From contig CAWDTA010000002.1 in assembly GCA_963805085.1 (NCBI GenBank), positions 256,001 to 320,000 on the forward strand: a stretch of 64,000 nucleotides of DNA, in the 5' to 3' direction. Every line of letters begins with the position of its first letter. Position 1 is the first letter of the stretch. The notes beneath the pieces were generated by a model, which saw only the letters and a list, made by a program, of their open reading frames with translations, had not been told where the DNA came from and searched no databases. Below, piece by piece: positions 31,928 through 42,416 of this stretch. Made by a program: the position numbers and the translations under genes. Source of the DNA: an uncultured Veillonellaceae bacterium (lineage in GTDB: Bacteria > Bacillota > Negativicutes > JARBTT01).

Positions 31928-32254
31928 ATTCCTCCTACAAACAGTTTTTCCAAACTATAATAGTAAAGAATACCCTGCCTAAATAAAATGAAATATACCT
32001 ATAGTCCTAAAAAATTCGAACAGTACTTTACTCTTAAACTAACCCCTTTTCCTATTCGATAATAGATAGAACTTTCCTGCTGATTTCTCGCAGTTTTTGC
32101 TAAAAAAAGCAGATACTTATAGGACTTTTTATGAATTTTATATTTTACTTAACATTCCATAGCCAACATTATATAATACGATAGCCATTAGTTATGTTTA
32201 TATAATGCTTCGTAAAATATAAAACCATTTATAACAATGCCTTATTATAACACA

Positions 32255-32497
32255 TTATTTATTTTTGCCAAGTAGTTTTTGGTAAGTTGTCCACATTGCT
32301 GTAATAAAACCTAAAATAATTCCGATTATTGTCGCTAACGGACTTGTAGATAACTGTTCATCGATATAAATTCCCGCATAGAGGCACACCCCAATCATCA
32401 CTGCAAAACTAATGCCTATCCCCGAAGCAAAGCTAAGAGCCTGTAACGTGGATTGTGTTTCGCCTTTATTTTTTCCTTTTTTATCCACATTATTCAT
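32255..32497 (-). CDS. AtpZ/AtpI-family small membrane protein
   Basis: G.Y.G.YID...T.P...I.G pattern; upstream of atpI. Confidence 0.8.
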   Translation of the reverse strand: MNNVDKKGKNKGETQSTLQALSFASGIGISFAVMIGVCLYAGIYIDEQLSTSPLATIIGIILGFITAMWTTYQKLLGKNK

Positions 32498-32574
32498 CCT
32501 CCCATAGAATCTTTGATTTTGAACTAAAAAAGCTGCCGCAAATTCAATTTTGCTAGCAGCCTTTACGATCTATA

Positions 32575-33729
32575 TTATACTTCAAATGAATCTGGCTTAT
32601 TTGCAATTAAACCATGTTTCCATAAAATCGCTTCCACAATACGTCTTGAAGCTTGTCCATCACCATAAGGATTGCAAGCATTCGACATTTTATGATACGC
32701 AGCTTCGTCTGTAATCAGCAACTTAGCTTCGCTATATACACGCTCTTTATCCGTACCAATTAATTTTACCGTACCCGCATCAATGGCTTCTGGACGTTCG
32801 GTTGTATCGCGCAGAACCAAGACTGGTTTGCCTAGCCCAGGTGCTTCTTCCTGAATCCCCCCGGAATCCGTTAATACCAAATAAGAACGTGCTAGTAAAT
32901 TTGCAAACGGTTGATAATCAAGTGGATCGATCAGATGTACTCGATCAATTCCACCTAGTTCACTTTCCACAACTTCACGCACTTTAGGATTTTTATGAAC
33001 TGGAAAGACGATTTCAACATCAGCAAATTCATTGACGATATCGCGTAATGCCTGATATACATGGCGCATTGGTTCGCCCAGATTTTCTCGACGATGTGTT
33101 GTCACGAGCACCACTTTTTTATTTTTATAATCAATACTTTTTAAGAGCTCATTTTCAAAGACAAAATTTTCATCTACTGTTTTTAAGAGGGCATCAATCA
33201 CGGTGTTACCAGTAACAAACACGCTTTCACCTTTGATATTTTCCTGCGCCAAATTATCACTTGCCGTACTCGTTGGTGCAAAGTGCAGATCAGTTAATGA
33301 TCCCGTTAATTTACGGTTCATTTCCTCCGGGAACGGTGAATATTTATTATGCGTTCTCAGACCTGCCTCTACATGACCAACCTCTGTTTGATGATAATAA
33401 GCAGCAAGCGCACCAGCAAAGGTTGTCGTCGTATCCCCATGTACCAATACGATATCCGGTTTTTCTTGCTCTAGCACTGCGTTTAACCCTTGCATCGCCT
33501 TGCAAGTGATATCAAATAAAGTTTGGCCTTGCGCCATAATATCAAGGTCATGGTCTGGTTTAATATGAAATAAGTTTAGCACTTGATCCAGCATATCCCG
33601 ATGTTGTGCCGTTACTGTTATCACAGGTGTGATCATCTCTGGATATTTTGCTAGTTCTAAAACGACTGGCGCCATTTTAATCGCTTCCGGGCGAGTGCCA
33701 AACACAGTCATCACTTTGATTCGTTTCAT
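32575..33729 (-). CDS. wecB: UDP-N-acetylglucosamine 2-epimerase (non-hydrolysing)
   Basis: FGTRPEAIKMAP, HVEAGLR, TDSGGIQEEAP. Confidence 0.97.
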   Translation of the reverse strand: MKRIKVMTVFGTRPEAIKMAPVVLELAKYPEMITPVITVTAQHRDMLDQVLNLFHIKPDHDLDIMAQGQTLFDITCKAMQGLNAVLEQEKPDIVLVHGDTTTTFAGALAAYYHQTEVGHVEAGLRTHNKYSPFPEEMNRKLTGSLTDLHFAPTSTASDNLAQENIKGESVFVTGNTVIDALLKTVDENFVFENELLKSIDYKNKKVVLVTTHRRENLGEPMRHVYQALRDIVNEFADVEIVFPVHKNPKVREVVESELGGIDRVHLIDPLDYQPFANLLARSYLVLTDSGGIQEEAPGLGKPVLVLRDTTERPEAIDAGTVKLIGTDKERVYSEAKLLITDEAAYHKMSNACNPYGDGQASRRIVEAILWKHGLIANKPDSFEV

Positions 33730-33846
33730 AAATAAATCTACCCCTCTCTTACACTTTGGGAACTTCTATTAGCTTCATTGTCTATTGTAAAACAGGCAGG
33801 CATTATGCCTGCCTTCAATAATAATTTTTCATTAGATTATCAATGT

Positions 33847-34875
33847 TTAATTCGTTCCAACTGACTTTTTGTGTTTTAAAATACCAAGTTTTCTTGCACC
33901 CAAAAAGACTACAAGCATAACAATGATAATAATGGCAATCGCAAAACCACTGCTTACTTCCGTTAAAGCGATCGCACTGAGTCCCAGGACACCGCTAATC
34001 ACATACATGAGTAGTACCGCTTGTTTTTGCGTAAAGCCTAAATCAAGCAAACGATGATGTAGATGTCCTCTGTCTGGTTTGAAAATTGGTTTACCGCTCA
34101 TATAACGTCTAACAATCGCAAACGTAGTATCTAAGATCGGTAATCCCAATGCAAAAATTGGTACAATCAGAGCAACCGTTGCTGCCGATTTAACCGCACC
34201 AATAACCGAAATACCAGCCAGCATAAAACCTAAAAACATACTACCAGTATCCCCCATAAATATTTTCGCGGGATTAAAATTATACTGTAAAAAGCCAAGT
34301 GCCCCACCAGCAATTGCTGCCGTTAACACAGCTATTAGTATGTAATTTTGTTGCAACGCTACTAACAGAATGGTTATCGAAGCAATCGTAGAAACACCAG
34401 CTGCAAGTCCATCAAGTCCATCGATCAAATTAACCGTATTTGTCAGACCGACAATCCAAAATAGTGTGATTGGAATAGCTAAGTATTCTAAATAAATCAT
34501 ATCACCAAACGGGTCACTCACCCAGTCAATACGGATGTCAAAAAGCACCAGTACTAACGCAGCCAAAATTTGCCCCGCCAACTTTACCTTTGCCGGCAAA
34601 TTTTTTAAATCATCAATAACTCCTACAATTAAAATAATTGTACCACCGATTAATAATCCTACAATCTCAGTAGTTAAATCAACCGTAAAAAAAACTGCTA
34701 CCATAAAGGCAACATATATAGCAAGACCACCCATTCTAGGAATAGGAGCAGTATGCACTTTGCGTTCATCAGGAGCATCCATCGCTCCGGCTTTCTTGGC
34801 CAAAGAAATAATTTTCGGCGTCAAAACATACGCTACCACGAGCGCAATCAAAAACGACAAAATATAATCTGGCAT
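33847..34875 (-). CDS. Undecaprenyl-phosphate GlcNAc-1-phosphate transferase (TagO/WecA)
   Basis: NLIDGLDGLA, IFMGDTGS, HLHHRL. Confidence 0.94.
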   Translation of the reverse strand: MPDYILSFLIALVVAYVLTPKIISLAKKAGAMDAPDERKVHTAPIPRMGGLAIYVAFMVAVFFTVDLTTEIVGLLIGGTIILIVGVIDDLKNLPAKVKLAGQILAALVLVLFDIRIDWVSDPFGDMIYLEYLAIPITLFWIVGLTNTVNLIDGLDGLAAGVSTIASITILLVALQQNYILIAVLTAAIAGGALGFLQYNFNPAKIFMGDTGSMFLGFMLAGISVIGAVKSAATVALIVPIFALGLPILDTTFAIVRRYMSGKPIFKPDRGHLHHRLLDLGFTQKQAVLLMYVISGVLGLSAIALTEVSSGFAIAIIIIVMLVVFLGARKLGILKHKKSVGTN

Positions 34876-34970
34876 AAAATTAAGCACCCCTTTTCTATGC
34901 AACAAGACAATTGTACCTCACCAAAACTAGACTGTCAATGAAATAACGCGCTACCAAACCTTGTCATTTA

Positions 34971-35630
34971 CTACTTGCAATACCCTTTACGCTTTAATTT
35001 ACACACATGCAGCTTCACCAACGCATCGATATCCACCTCATACCGTTGCGTTAATAAATACATCATCGTAAAGCAACATTGCGCTACATCCAAGAGTTCC
35101 TCGGCACTGCCAATCACGACTTCTTTTTCCTTTAATGTATCATTTTCTCCCGATGCACCAGCTTTCTTCCCTAAATATTGCGTCAATTCACCAAGTTCTT
35201 CTTGGATTTTACACACCGTCGTAAGCAGAGTTACTTCTGGTAAATCTAGCTTCGGCAATGCCAAATATTTATAATTACCTTCTGTATAAATACGATATTG
35301 ATTATTTTTATTAAAATGATACCCTTTATTTTCAAGTTTATTCAAATGACGTTGAATTAACTCAGCGATCTCAATACTATAACTTTCTTCCATTACAAAA
35401 ATCATCGTAACACAAGTTTGCGCTACATCCAAGAGTTCTCCATTCACCTCAGCCAAGGCCCCTTGCGCCACAGATAATTCAGCAATTTCAGAGCCTTTGA
35501 GTCGCTCATAAGGCAAAAAGGTCAACGTTGCCCTAGCAAGTTCCCCTGCTTCTTCAATAATCTTCAGCAACGTTGAATTAAGTGTTGGCGCCAACTGGTT
35601 CAACTTTGGTAAAGCAACTACTTCAAACAT
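34971..35630 (-). CDS. MazG-like NTP pyrophosphohydrolase with two tandem domains
   Basis: Two copies of K..EE.GEL ... ELLDVAQ.C.TM. Confidence 0.75.
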   Translation of the reverse strand: MFEVVALPKLNQLAPTLNSTLLKIIEEAGELARATLTFLPYERLKGSEIAELSVAQGALAEVNGELLDVAQTCVTMIFVMEESYSIEIAELIQRHLNKLENKGYHFNKNNQYRIYTEGNYKYLALPKLDLPEVTLLTTVCKIQEELGELTQYLGKKAGASGENDTLKEKEVVIGSAEELLDVAQCCFTMMYLLTQRYEVDIDALVKLHVCKLKRKGYCK

Positions 35631-35718
35631 GTTAACTCCTTATCAATCAATTAAAAATCATTACTAATTTTATTATTATACAAGATTTTTTACCGTTTGT
35701 ATGCTGTTTCTAAATGAT

Positions 35719-36510
35719 TTATGACTTAATTTCTCTCCTTGCATGTTTACCAACACGTCTCCAGCGTTTAAAAAAACTTGCTATTATCACAAAAATATTA
35801 ACACCAATCAAAACCATCGTCAGCATGATTGTCATTACAATTAGCTCTCTTTGATAACGTACTTGCTCCACCCTAGCGTCGGTTTGCTCATCGAGTAAGG
35901 TTATTATTTGATTTAACATCGTCACAAATGTTTGCTTTAATTGTTCATAAGAATCATCATTGATAATACGCGCTGAAAAATCCTTGCTCGTTTCGCCAAT
36001 GAGTAACTTCTTCTGATTGTCGACCGAAATTACGCCGTTACTTGCATCAATTGCAATTTGTTCAGTGATAGTCAATTCATCCGCTAACTTTTCTGCTTTT
36101 TGTAATAACCTCAGTTCCTCTAATGAAAAATGATTCGCTTCGATTAACGCATGTAAGGACACCTGCTGTCCCGCGCTATGTAAGCTAGCTTGTTCAACAA
36201 TACCATACTGCCAATAAACACCCTCATATTCCTTCGGTCTGGGCTTTTCACCAGCTCTAATCGCAATAATATCATGATAGTATTGTTCATATCTTGGATC
36301 GTTTTTCTCAATATAATGACGGGTGTGTAACATCAAAACAAACGTTGATTGTCTAAGTTCATTTACCAATAAATACGACGGATACCGCTTCTGATAAACA
36401 TTTTCCAACCTCTGATTGATTTGATCAAGCGATTTCACTTGAAAATTCAAGAGAAATGACAAGAAAATGACGCACCCACACATGATCAGTTTATTCTTTT
36501 TCTGTTTCAC
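35719..36510 (-). CDS. Membrane protein with an extracytoplasmic sensor-like domain and no output domain
   Basis: TM, then a soluble domain (YEQYYHDIIAIRAGEKPRP..Y..VYW; FSLEELRLLQKAEKLADEL), then TM and a short basic tail. Start set at GTG 36510 (RBS GGGGGA). Confidence 0.6.
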   Translation of the reverse strand: MKQKKNKLIMCGCVIFLSFLLNFQVKSLDQINQRLENVYQKRYPSYLLVNELRQSTFVLMLHTRHYIEKNDPRYEQYYHDIIAIRAGEKPRPKEYEGVYWQYGIVEQASLHSAGQQVSLHALIEANHFSLEELRLLQKAEKLADELTITEQIAIDASNGVISVDNQKKLLIGETSKDFSARIINDDSYEQLKQTFVTMLNQIITLLDEQTDARVEQVRYQRELIVMTIMLTMVLIGVNIFVIIASFFKRWRRVGKHARREIKS

Positions 36511-36780
36511 ATAGTATCCCCCGCGAATTAATTCACATTTTATGAACCTGATTTCCAGCAAATAACCAAACCAGACTATTATCGAAATATTTTCCTTTAT
36601 TATAACATAATTCATAGTATTATTTAGGATAAATACATATAATAGAGGCGACCTGCCGAAGAATCAAGGCTACAATATATTTTTTTATTTACATGATAAA
36701 AAAATATCTACTTGCTATTTTTTGTAATTAATATTATCGTTAATATGTATTGAAATTTAAATTCAGGAGGATATTTTCTT

Positions 36781-37653
36781 ATGCTCAATAAATATATTAT
36801 TGGCTTTATCGGTATTGGTGTTATGGGGAAAAGCATGACACGTAATCTGATCAAGGCAGGTTATAAAGTCAACGTATACAATCGTACCAAGGAAAAAGCT
36901 GCTGAGCTAGTCGCAGAGGGGGCAACTTGGCAAAACTCACCAAAGGAAATCGCAGAGTCGTGCAATGTGATCATTACAATGTTAGGTTATCCGAAAGACG
37001 TCGAAGAAATTTATTTTGGTGACCAAGGGCTCATTGAAAATTCAAAACTCGGCACTTACCTGATTGATATGACAACCTCTAGTCCACTTCTAGCAAAACA
37101 AATTGCCCAAGTTGCCCAAAGCAACGGTCTTTATACGCTTGATGCCCCCGTTTCTGGTGGTGACATCGGTGCAAGAGAAGCGAAGCTATCCATTATGGTT
37201 GGTGGCGATGAAAAAGCTTATAACGCAATGAAACCAATCTTTGAAGCATTAGGAACAAACATTCAGCACCTTGGCTTAGCTGGCGCTGGTCAAGATACGA
37301 AAATGTGCAATCAAATCGCTATCGCTTCTAATATGATGGGTGTATGCGAAGCAATGGTTTATGCAAAAAAAATGGGACTAGACCCAACGAAAGTCTTGGG
37401 TAGTATCTCAACTGGTGCAGCAGGCTCTTGGTCTTTATCAAACCTCGCACCCCGCATGATCAAAGGTGATTACGAGCCTGGTTTTTATGTAAAGCATTTC
37501 ATCAAAGATATGGGGATCGCGATCGAATCCGCCAAGGAAGCGCACTTAGAATTACCGGGCTTGACCTTAGCAAAAAAACTTTACGAAGAATTATCTGCTA
37601 GCGGTGGCAGCCATTACGGTACACAAGCTTTAATCAAAATTCTCGAAAAATAA
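36781..37653 (+). CDS. NAD(P)-dependent beta-hydroxyacid dehydrogenase (3-hydroxyisobutyrate dehydrogenase family)
   Basis: GFIGIGVMG, DAPVSGGDIGA, KMCNQ. Confidence 0.92.
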   Translation: MLNKYIIGFIGIGVMGKSMTRNLIKAGYKVNVYNRTKEKAAELVAEGATWQNSPKEIAESCNVIITMLGYPKDVEEIYFGDQGLIENSKLGTYLIDMTTSSPLLAKQIAQVAQSNGLYTLDAPVSGGDIGAREAKLSIMVGGDEKAYNAMKPIFEALGTNIQHLGLAGAGQDTKMCNQIAIASNMMGVCEAMVYAKKMGLDPTKVLGSISTGAAGSWSLSNLAPRMIKGDYEPGFYVKHFIKDMGIAIESAKEAHLELPGLTLAKKLYEELSASGGSHYGTQALIKILEK

Positions 37654-37726
37654 ATAACAAAAGACTCGATGAAAATGTTCCAATAGCGGTCATTTTACCG
37701 AGTCTTTTCTATTAATATATCTTAGA

Positions 37727-38179
37727 CTATTCAATGTCCTTGGGATCACATTCTACGACTGAACCATCCGTTTCTAGATAGACCACTTTGGCAATCATCG
37801 CATTTCTGATCATCCGCCGGCAAAGTAGGCATGGTTTCCCCGAGGCCAGCGATCCATCGGCATTATAACCGACAATATAAATTGTAGCATCTTTCATTCT
37901 ATGAGGTTCAGCATTGATGATTGCATTTTGTTCCGCATGCACTGCTTCACAAAGTTCATAACGCTCACCCTTTGGGATATTGAGTTCTTCACGTTTACAA
38001 TAGGATAGATCTGCACAACTGATTGCCCCGCGCGGTGCACCATTATACCCAGTACTAATAATGCTATGATCTTTTACAATGATCGCCCCATAAACACGGC
38101 GCAAACAAGTCGCTCGCCTTCCTACCGCTTTTGCGATATCTAAAAAATACTCTGTCCAAGTCGGACGTACATGATTCAC
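37727..38179 (-). CDS. dCMP deaminase (ComEB family)
   Basis: RATC.R, TGYNG, HAEQNA, PCLLC. Confidence 0.9.
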   Translation of the reverse strand: MNHVRPTWTEYFLDIAKAVGRRATCLRRVYGAIIVKDHSIISTGYNGAPRGAISCADLSYCKREELNIPKGERYELCEAVHAEQNAIINAEPHRMKDATIYIVGYNADGSLASGKPCLLCRRMIRNAMIAKVVYLETDGSVVECDPKDIE

Positions 38180-38195
38180 CGTCTCACCCCCTGTT

Positions 38196-38229
38196 AAAAA
38201 TAGAGATACCGCAGGGTATCTCTATTTTT
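38196..38229 (-). terminator. Terminator after upp
   Basis: AAAAATAGAGATACC-GCAG-GGTATCTCTATTTTT. Confidence 0.8.
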
Positions 38230-38244
38230 CTATGTAACGAAAAC

Positions 38245-38880
38245 TTATTTTGTACCAAAGATTCTATCGCCAGCATCACCAAGACCAGGAACGATATAAC
38301 CGTGGTCATTGAGACATTCATCTAAACTTGCTGTATAGATTTCAACATCAGGATGTTCGTCGTTTACCACTTTAACACCTTCTGGTGCTGCAACTAAGCA
38401 CATCAAAATAATTGATTTTGCGCCTTTTTCTTTTAGCATCGTAAGTGCTGCCGCTGAAGAACCGCCAGTTGCAAGCATTGGATCAACAACAACAAGTGTA
38501 CGTTCACCAACATCACTAGGTAATTTACAATAATATTCTACTGGTTTTAACGTTTCTGGATCACGATATAACCCAATATGACCAACTTTTGCTGTTGGAA
38601 TTAGCGTCACTACCCCACCAAGCATACCAAGACCAGCACGAAGGATTGGTACGATTGCAAGTTTTTTACCAGTTAATACTTTACTCTTACAAGTTGTTAC
38701 TGGAGTTTTGATTTCAACTTCTTTTAGTGGCATATTTCTCGTAATTTCGTAGGCCATGAGCATTGATATTTCTTCTAATAATTCACGAAAATCTTTTGTA
38801 CCCGTGTTTTCTTTCCGCATAATCGTCAATTTATGTTGGATCAATGGATGATCAATTACGTTTACTTTTAAACCTGTCAT
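38245..38880 (-). CDS. upp: Uracil phosphoribosyltransferase
   Basis: [27 protein letters not shown]. Confidence 0.98.
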   Translation of the reverse strand: MTGLKVNVIDHPLIQHKLTIMRKENTGTKDFRELLEEISMLMAYEITRNMPLKEVEIKTPVTTCKSKVLTGKKLAIVPILRAGLGMLGGVVTLIPTAKVGHIGLYRDPETLKPVEYYCKLPSDVGERTLVVVDPMLATGGSSAAALTMLKEKGAKSIILMCLVAAPEGVKVVNDEHPDVEIYTASLDECLNDHGYIVPGLGDAGDRIFGTK

Positions 38881-38895
38881 GTATTAAATTTCCTC

Positions 38896-40140
38896 CTAGT
38901 ATAATGGATATTTAGCGCAAAGCTCAGCAACCATTTTTTCTGCTTGTTTTTTCACAGCAGCATCTTCTGGCTTATCTAGAACTATTGCAATAATTTCAGC
39001 TACTTTTTTCATATCGTCTTCTTTAAATCCACGAGTCGTTAATGCAGGCGAACCAAGACGTAAACCACTTGTTACAAATGGACTAAGCGGCTCAAATGGA
39101 ATGGTATTTTTATTCACAGTAATACCGATATCATCCAATACTTTTTCCGCTACTTTACCAGTTAAATCTTTAGAACGAAGATCAACCAGCATCAAATGAT
39201 TATCTGTACCACCAGAGACAATCGTAAACCCTTTTTCAATTAATGTTTTTGCCAATGCCTGTGCATTTTTAATGATTTGTTCCTGATATTGTTTAAATTC
39301 ATCAGATAACGCTTCTTTTAAAGCAACTGCTTTTGCCGCAATAACATGCATCAATGGACCACCTTGGATACCTGGGAATACAGCTTTATTAAATTGCTTG
39401 CCGAATTCTGCATCCTTAGTCAAGATCAGACCGCCACGAGGACCGCGTAATGTTTTATGCGTAGTCGTTGTAACAACATCAGCAAAAGGAACAGGATTTT
39501 GATGAAAACCAGCTGCAACCAAGCCAGCAATATGTGCCATATCAACCATTAAGTAGGCGCCAACTTTTTTCGCAATTTGGCCCATTTTTTCAAAATCAAT
39601 GCTTCTTGCATAGGCACTCGCACCAACGACGATCATTTTAGGTTTACATTCCACCGCTATTTTTTCTACTTCTTCATAATCAATACGGTTTGTATCCTCT
39701 GTCACACCATAAGGAACAATATTGAAATATTTACCAGACATATTAACAGGGCTACCATGTGTTAAATGTCCGCCATCTGTCAAATTCATCCCCATAACCG
39801 TATCACCTGGTGTTAACAAAGCAAAAAATACTGCCATGTTTGCTTGTGCGCCGGAATGTGGTTGTACGTTAACATACTCTGCCCCAAAAAGTTCTTTGGC
39901 ACGGTCAATCGCTAATTGTTCTACTACATCGACACATTCGCAACCACCATAATAACGTTTGCCTGGATATCCTTCCGCATATTTGTTTGTTAGCACCGAC
40001 CCTTGTGCTTCCATTACCGCTGCACTAACAATATTTTCAGAAGCAATCAATTCTAATTTGTTACGTTGACGACTAAGCTCCGCATCAATTGCCTTTTTAA
40101 CCTCTGGGTCAACAGTTGCCAAATTGTCTAGTAAACTCAT
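38896..40140 (-). CDS. glyA: Serine hydroxymethyltransferase
   Basis: [33 protein letters not shown]. Confidence 0.99.
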   Translation of the reverse strand: MSLLDNLATVDPEVKKAIDAELSRQRNKLELIASENIVSAAVMEAQGSVLTNKYAEGYPGKRYYGGCECVDVVEQLAIDRAKELFGAEYVNVQPHSGAQANMAVFFALLTPGDTVMGMNLTDGGHLTHGSPVNMSGKYFNIVPYGVTEDTNRIDYEEVEKIAVECKPKMIVVGASAYARSIDFEKMGQIAKKVGAYLMVDMAHIAGLVAAGFHQNPVPFADVVTTTTHKTLRGPRGGLILTKDAEFGKQFNKAVFPGIQGGPLMHVIAAKAVALKEALSDEFKQYQEQIIKNAQALAKTLIEKGFTIVSGGTDNHLMLVDLRSKDLTGKVAEKVLDDIGITVNKNTIPFEPLSPFVTSGLRLGSPALTTRGFKEDDMKKVAEIIAIVLDKPEDAAVKKQAEKMVAELCAKYPLY

Positions 40141-40180
40141 GTTAAAATCCCTCACTTTTCTTTCTTAAACTATGTATCTA

Positions 40181-40726
40181 TCAAGCTTGATATACAGCTC
40201 GACTCCCACCAATGAATTTTGGCCGAGTTCTTGCTGCAATCAGTATTGCTTGTCCGATCGTTTTCGTTTGAAGGCGAACCGGCACAGCCACGCGTTTTAA
40301 ATGCATCCCAATCAGCGTCGCTCCAATATCCAGTCCAGCATGAGCAATAATTGTTTCTACCACCACAGGATCACTATAGCTTTTCATCGCCTGCGCGGCA
40401 AGCGCACCACCAGCCGTTGGCGCTGGCATTACTTCAACCTGCTCCAAATGATACTCATGCATTACCGCACGTTCAACTACGAGTGCACGATTCAAATGCT
40501 CACAACATTGAATCGCCAAGAAAACACCAGCTTGACTCGCGATTTCCTGCAAAGAATGCATAAGTGTCTCTGCTGCTTCTTTCGAACCAGCCGTGCCAAT
40601 TTTTGAACCAACGACTTCACTTGTTGAACAACCAACAACGATAATTTGTCCAGCCTTAATACCAGAAACGTCGATAAGTTCAGTGATAGCTGCCTGCGAC
40701 TGCTTTCTGATTGCTTCTAAATCCAT
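40181..40726 (-). CDS. YwlG/UPF0340 (TIGR01440-like) protein
   Basis: GCSTSEV, QCCEHLNRALVVE, LIGMHLK; conserved position before glyA. Confidence 0.9.
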   Translation of the reverse strand: MDLEAIRKQSQAAITELIDVSGIKAGQIIVVGCSTSEVVGSKIGTAGSKEAAETLMHSLQEIASQAGVFLAIQCCEHLNRALVVERAVMHEYHLEQVEVMPAPTAGGALAAQAMKSYSDPVVVETIIAHAGLDIGATLIGMHLKRVAVPVRLQTKTIGQAILIAARTRPKFIGGSRAVYQA

Positions 40727-40744
40727 AACGCAAGACTCCTAGCT

Positions 40745-41182
40745 TTATTTTTCTAGTGCCATAATTTTATTTACACGACGCGCATGACGATCACCAGTAA
40801 ATTCTGAAGTCAACCAAGCTTTTACGATTTCGCAGGCTGGCCCGACGCCAATGACACGTTCACCCATCGCTAAAATATTTGCATCATTATGCTCCCTGGA
40901 CATTTTGGCCGAGAAAACATCATGACAAAGTGCTGCACGCACCCCTTTGATTTTATTCGCAGCAATAGAAATGCCAATTCCAGTACCGCAAAGTACGATA
41001 CCTTTATCAGCTCTACCATTTACTACGCTATCAGCAACTTTTTCAGCGATATCTGGATAATCAACTGCTTCATTACCAAATGTACCAACATCGTCAATTT
41101 CAATCTTCATTTCAGCTAAAACTTTTTTGATTTCTTCTTTTAGATTTACTGCACCGTGGTCACTACCAATTGTTACTTTCAT
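40745..41182 (-). CDS. rpiB: Ribose-5-phosphate isomerase B
   Basis: GSDHG, DYPD, CGTGIG, HNDAN. Confidence 0.96.
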   Translation of the reverse strand: MKVTIGSDHGAVNLKEEIKKVLAEMKIEIDDVGTFGNEAVDYPDIAEKVADSVVNGRADKGIVLCGTGIGISIAANKIKGVRAALCHDVFSAKMSREHNDANILAMGERVIGVGPACEIVKAWLTSEFTGDRHARRVNKIMALEK

Positions 41183-41225
41183 GTCTGCTACCCCCATCAA
41201 AAACATCTTATGATATCCTTTTATT

Positions 41226-41696
41226 TTAAAGTTTTTTTGCCGATAAAGCTACCACTTTAGGCCATATTTTCTCTAGATATTTCTGAATACTTTTTGCACA
41301 ATCTTGATAAACGGCTTCATTCCCACCAAAAGGATCCATCACATCTACTGTTTCGCCTGCATACTCGGGCAAAGTAAAGACTTTCCCCTCCGCCTGCCCA
41401 GTTCCATTTAAGATCGCTATTTTGTGTCCCTTGGTCATCGTTAGCACCAAGTCTGCTGACGCAATACAATCACCAGTTACTTGCCTTGCTAAATGATTAT
41501 CTAATCGCAATCCACTGGTCTGCATCGCCAGACAAGAATTTTTCGAAGCGCGGCTTCCCGGCATCGCAGACATACCAGCCGAAGATACCGTTATAGTATC
41601 TTCTAATTTATTTTTTACTATTCGTGCGCGAAATAAAACCTCGGCCATTGGACTACGGCAGGTATTCCCTGTACAAACAAATAAAACTTTAAACAC
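41226..41696 (-). CDS. Low-molecular-weight protein arginine/tyrosine phosphatase (YwlE-like)
   Basis: VCTGNTCRSPMAE, DPFGG. Confidence 0.93.
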   Translation of the reverse strand: MFKVLFVCTGNTCRSPMAEVLFRARIVKNKLEDTITVSSAGMSAMPGSRASKNSCLAMQTSGLRLDNHLARQVTGDCIASADLVLTMTKGHKIAILNGTGQAEGKVFTLPEYAGETVDVMDPFGGNEAVYQDCAKSIQKYLEKIWPKVVALSAKKL

Positions 41697-41763
41697 CGAA
41701 CTTCACCCTCTAATAGCAAAATCTACTACTATTTTAACACAAATTTTGTATGAATAAAAACCA

Positions 41764-42372
41764 TTACGAGATTAAATGCCAGAACATATTTCCCCCTAGC
41801 AAAATCAGAACGATTCCGCCTACTTGCTCCGAACGCTCACCCAATAATTTGCTAGCCTGCTTACCGAGGCTTAAACCAATGGTCGAAATAGCAAAAATAA
41901 CACTACCAAGAATGACATTGAGCTTGATCAGATCAACTTCCATCATCCCAAAGCTAAAACCTGCTGCCAGTGCGTCAATACTAACGCTAAACGACAGCAC
42001 AATTAACGTCCAGCCTTTTAACGGATTCTTCTTTTCGTGCTTTAATTTGTCTTCCTTACTAAAACCTTCCTTTAACATCAAGATCCCCAAACCGACGAGT
42101 ACACCTGCGCCAACAATACTCGCACAATTTTCCATAATTAACACAGGAGAACCGCTGTACACGCCTAGTCTATCGACAAATCCACCTAAAAATCGGCCAA
42201 TATTATATCCTGCAAGCAGCATCACAATGTGAAACATCGCAAAAACAAAGCTTGCCTTAACAATAACACTATGCTTGATACGATTCATGCCAATTAAAAT
42301 TGCTACTGAAAATAAATCCATTCCCAATGCTACGCTTAAAATGAAAATCTCTGCACTTCCCAAAAACGTCAC
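41764..42372 (-). CDS. Manganese efflux pump MntP family
   Basis: ALGMDLFSVA and SVSIDALAAG repeats; multi-TM. Confidence 0.88.
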   Translation of the reverse strand: MTFLGSAEIFILSVALGMDLFSVAILIGMNRIKHSVIVKASFVFAMFHIVMLLAGYNIGRFLGGFVDRLGVYSGSPVLIMENCASIVGAGVLVGLGILMLKEGFSKEDKLKHEKKNPLKGWTLIVLSFSVSIDALAAGFSFGMMEVDLIKLNVILGSVIFAISTIGLSLGKQASKLLGERSEQVGGIVLILLGGNMFWHLIS

Positions 42373-42416
42373 CTCGCTCTTTCATTTATCTGAGCTTCAA
42401 GCATAACTTATACACT

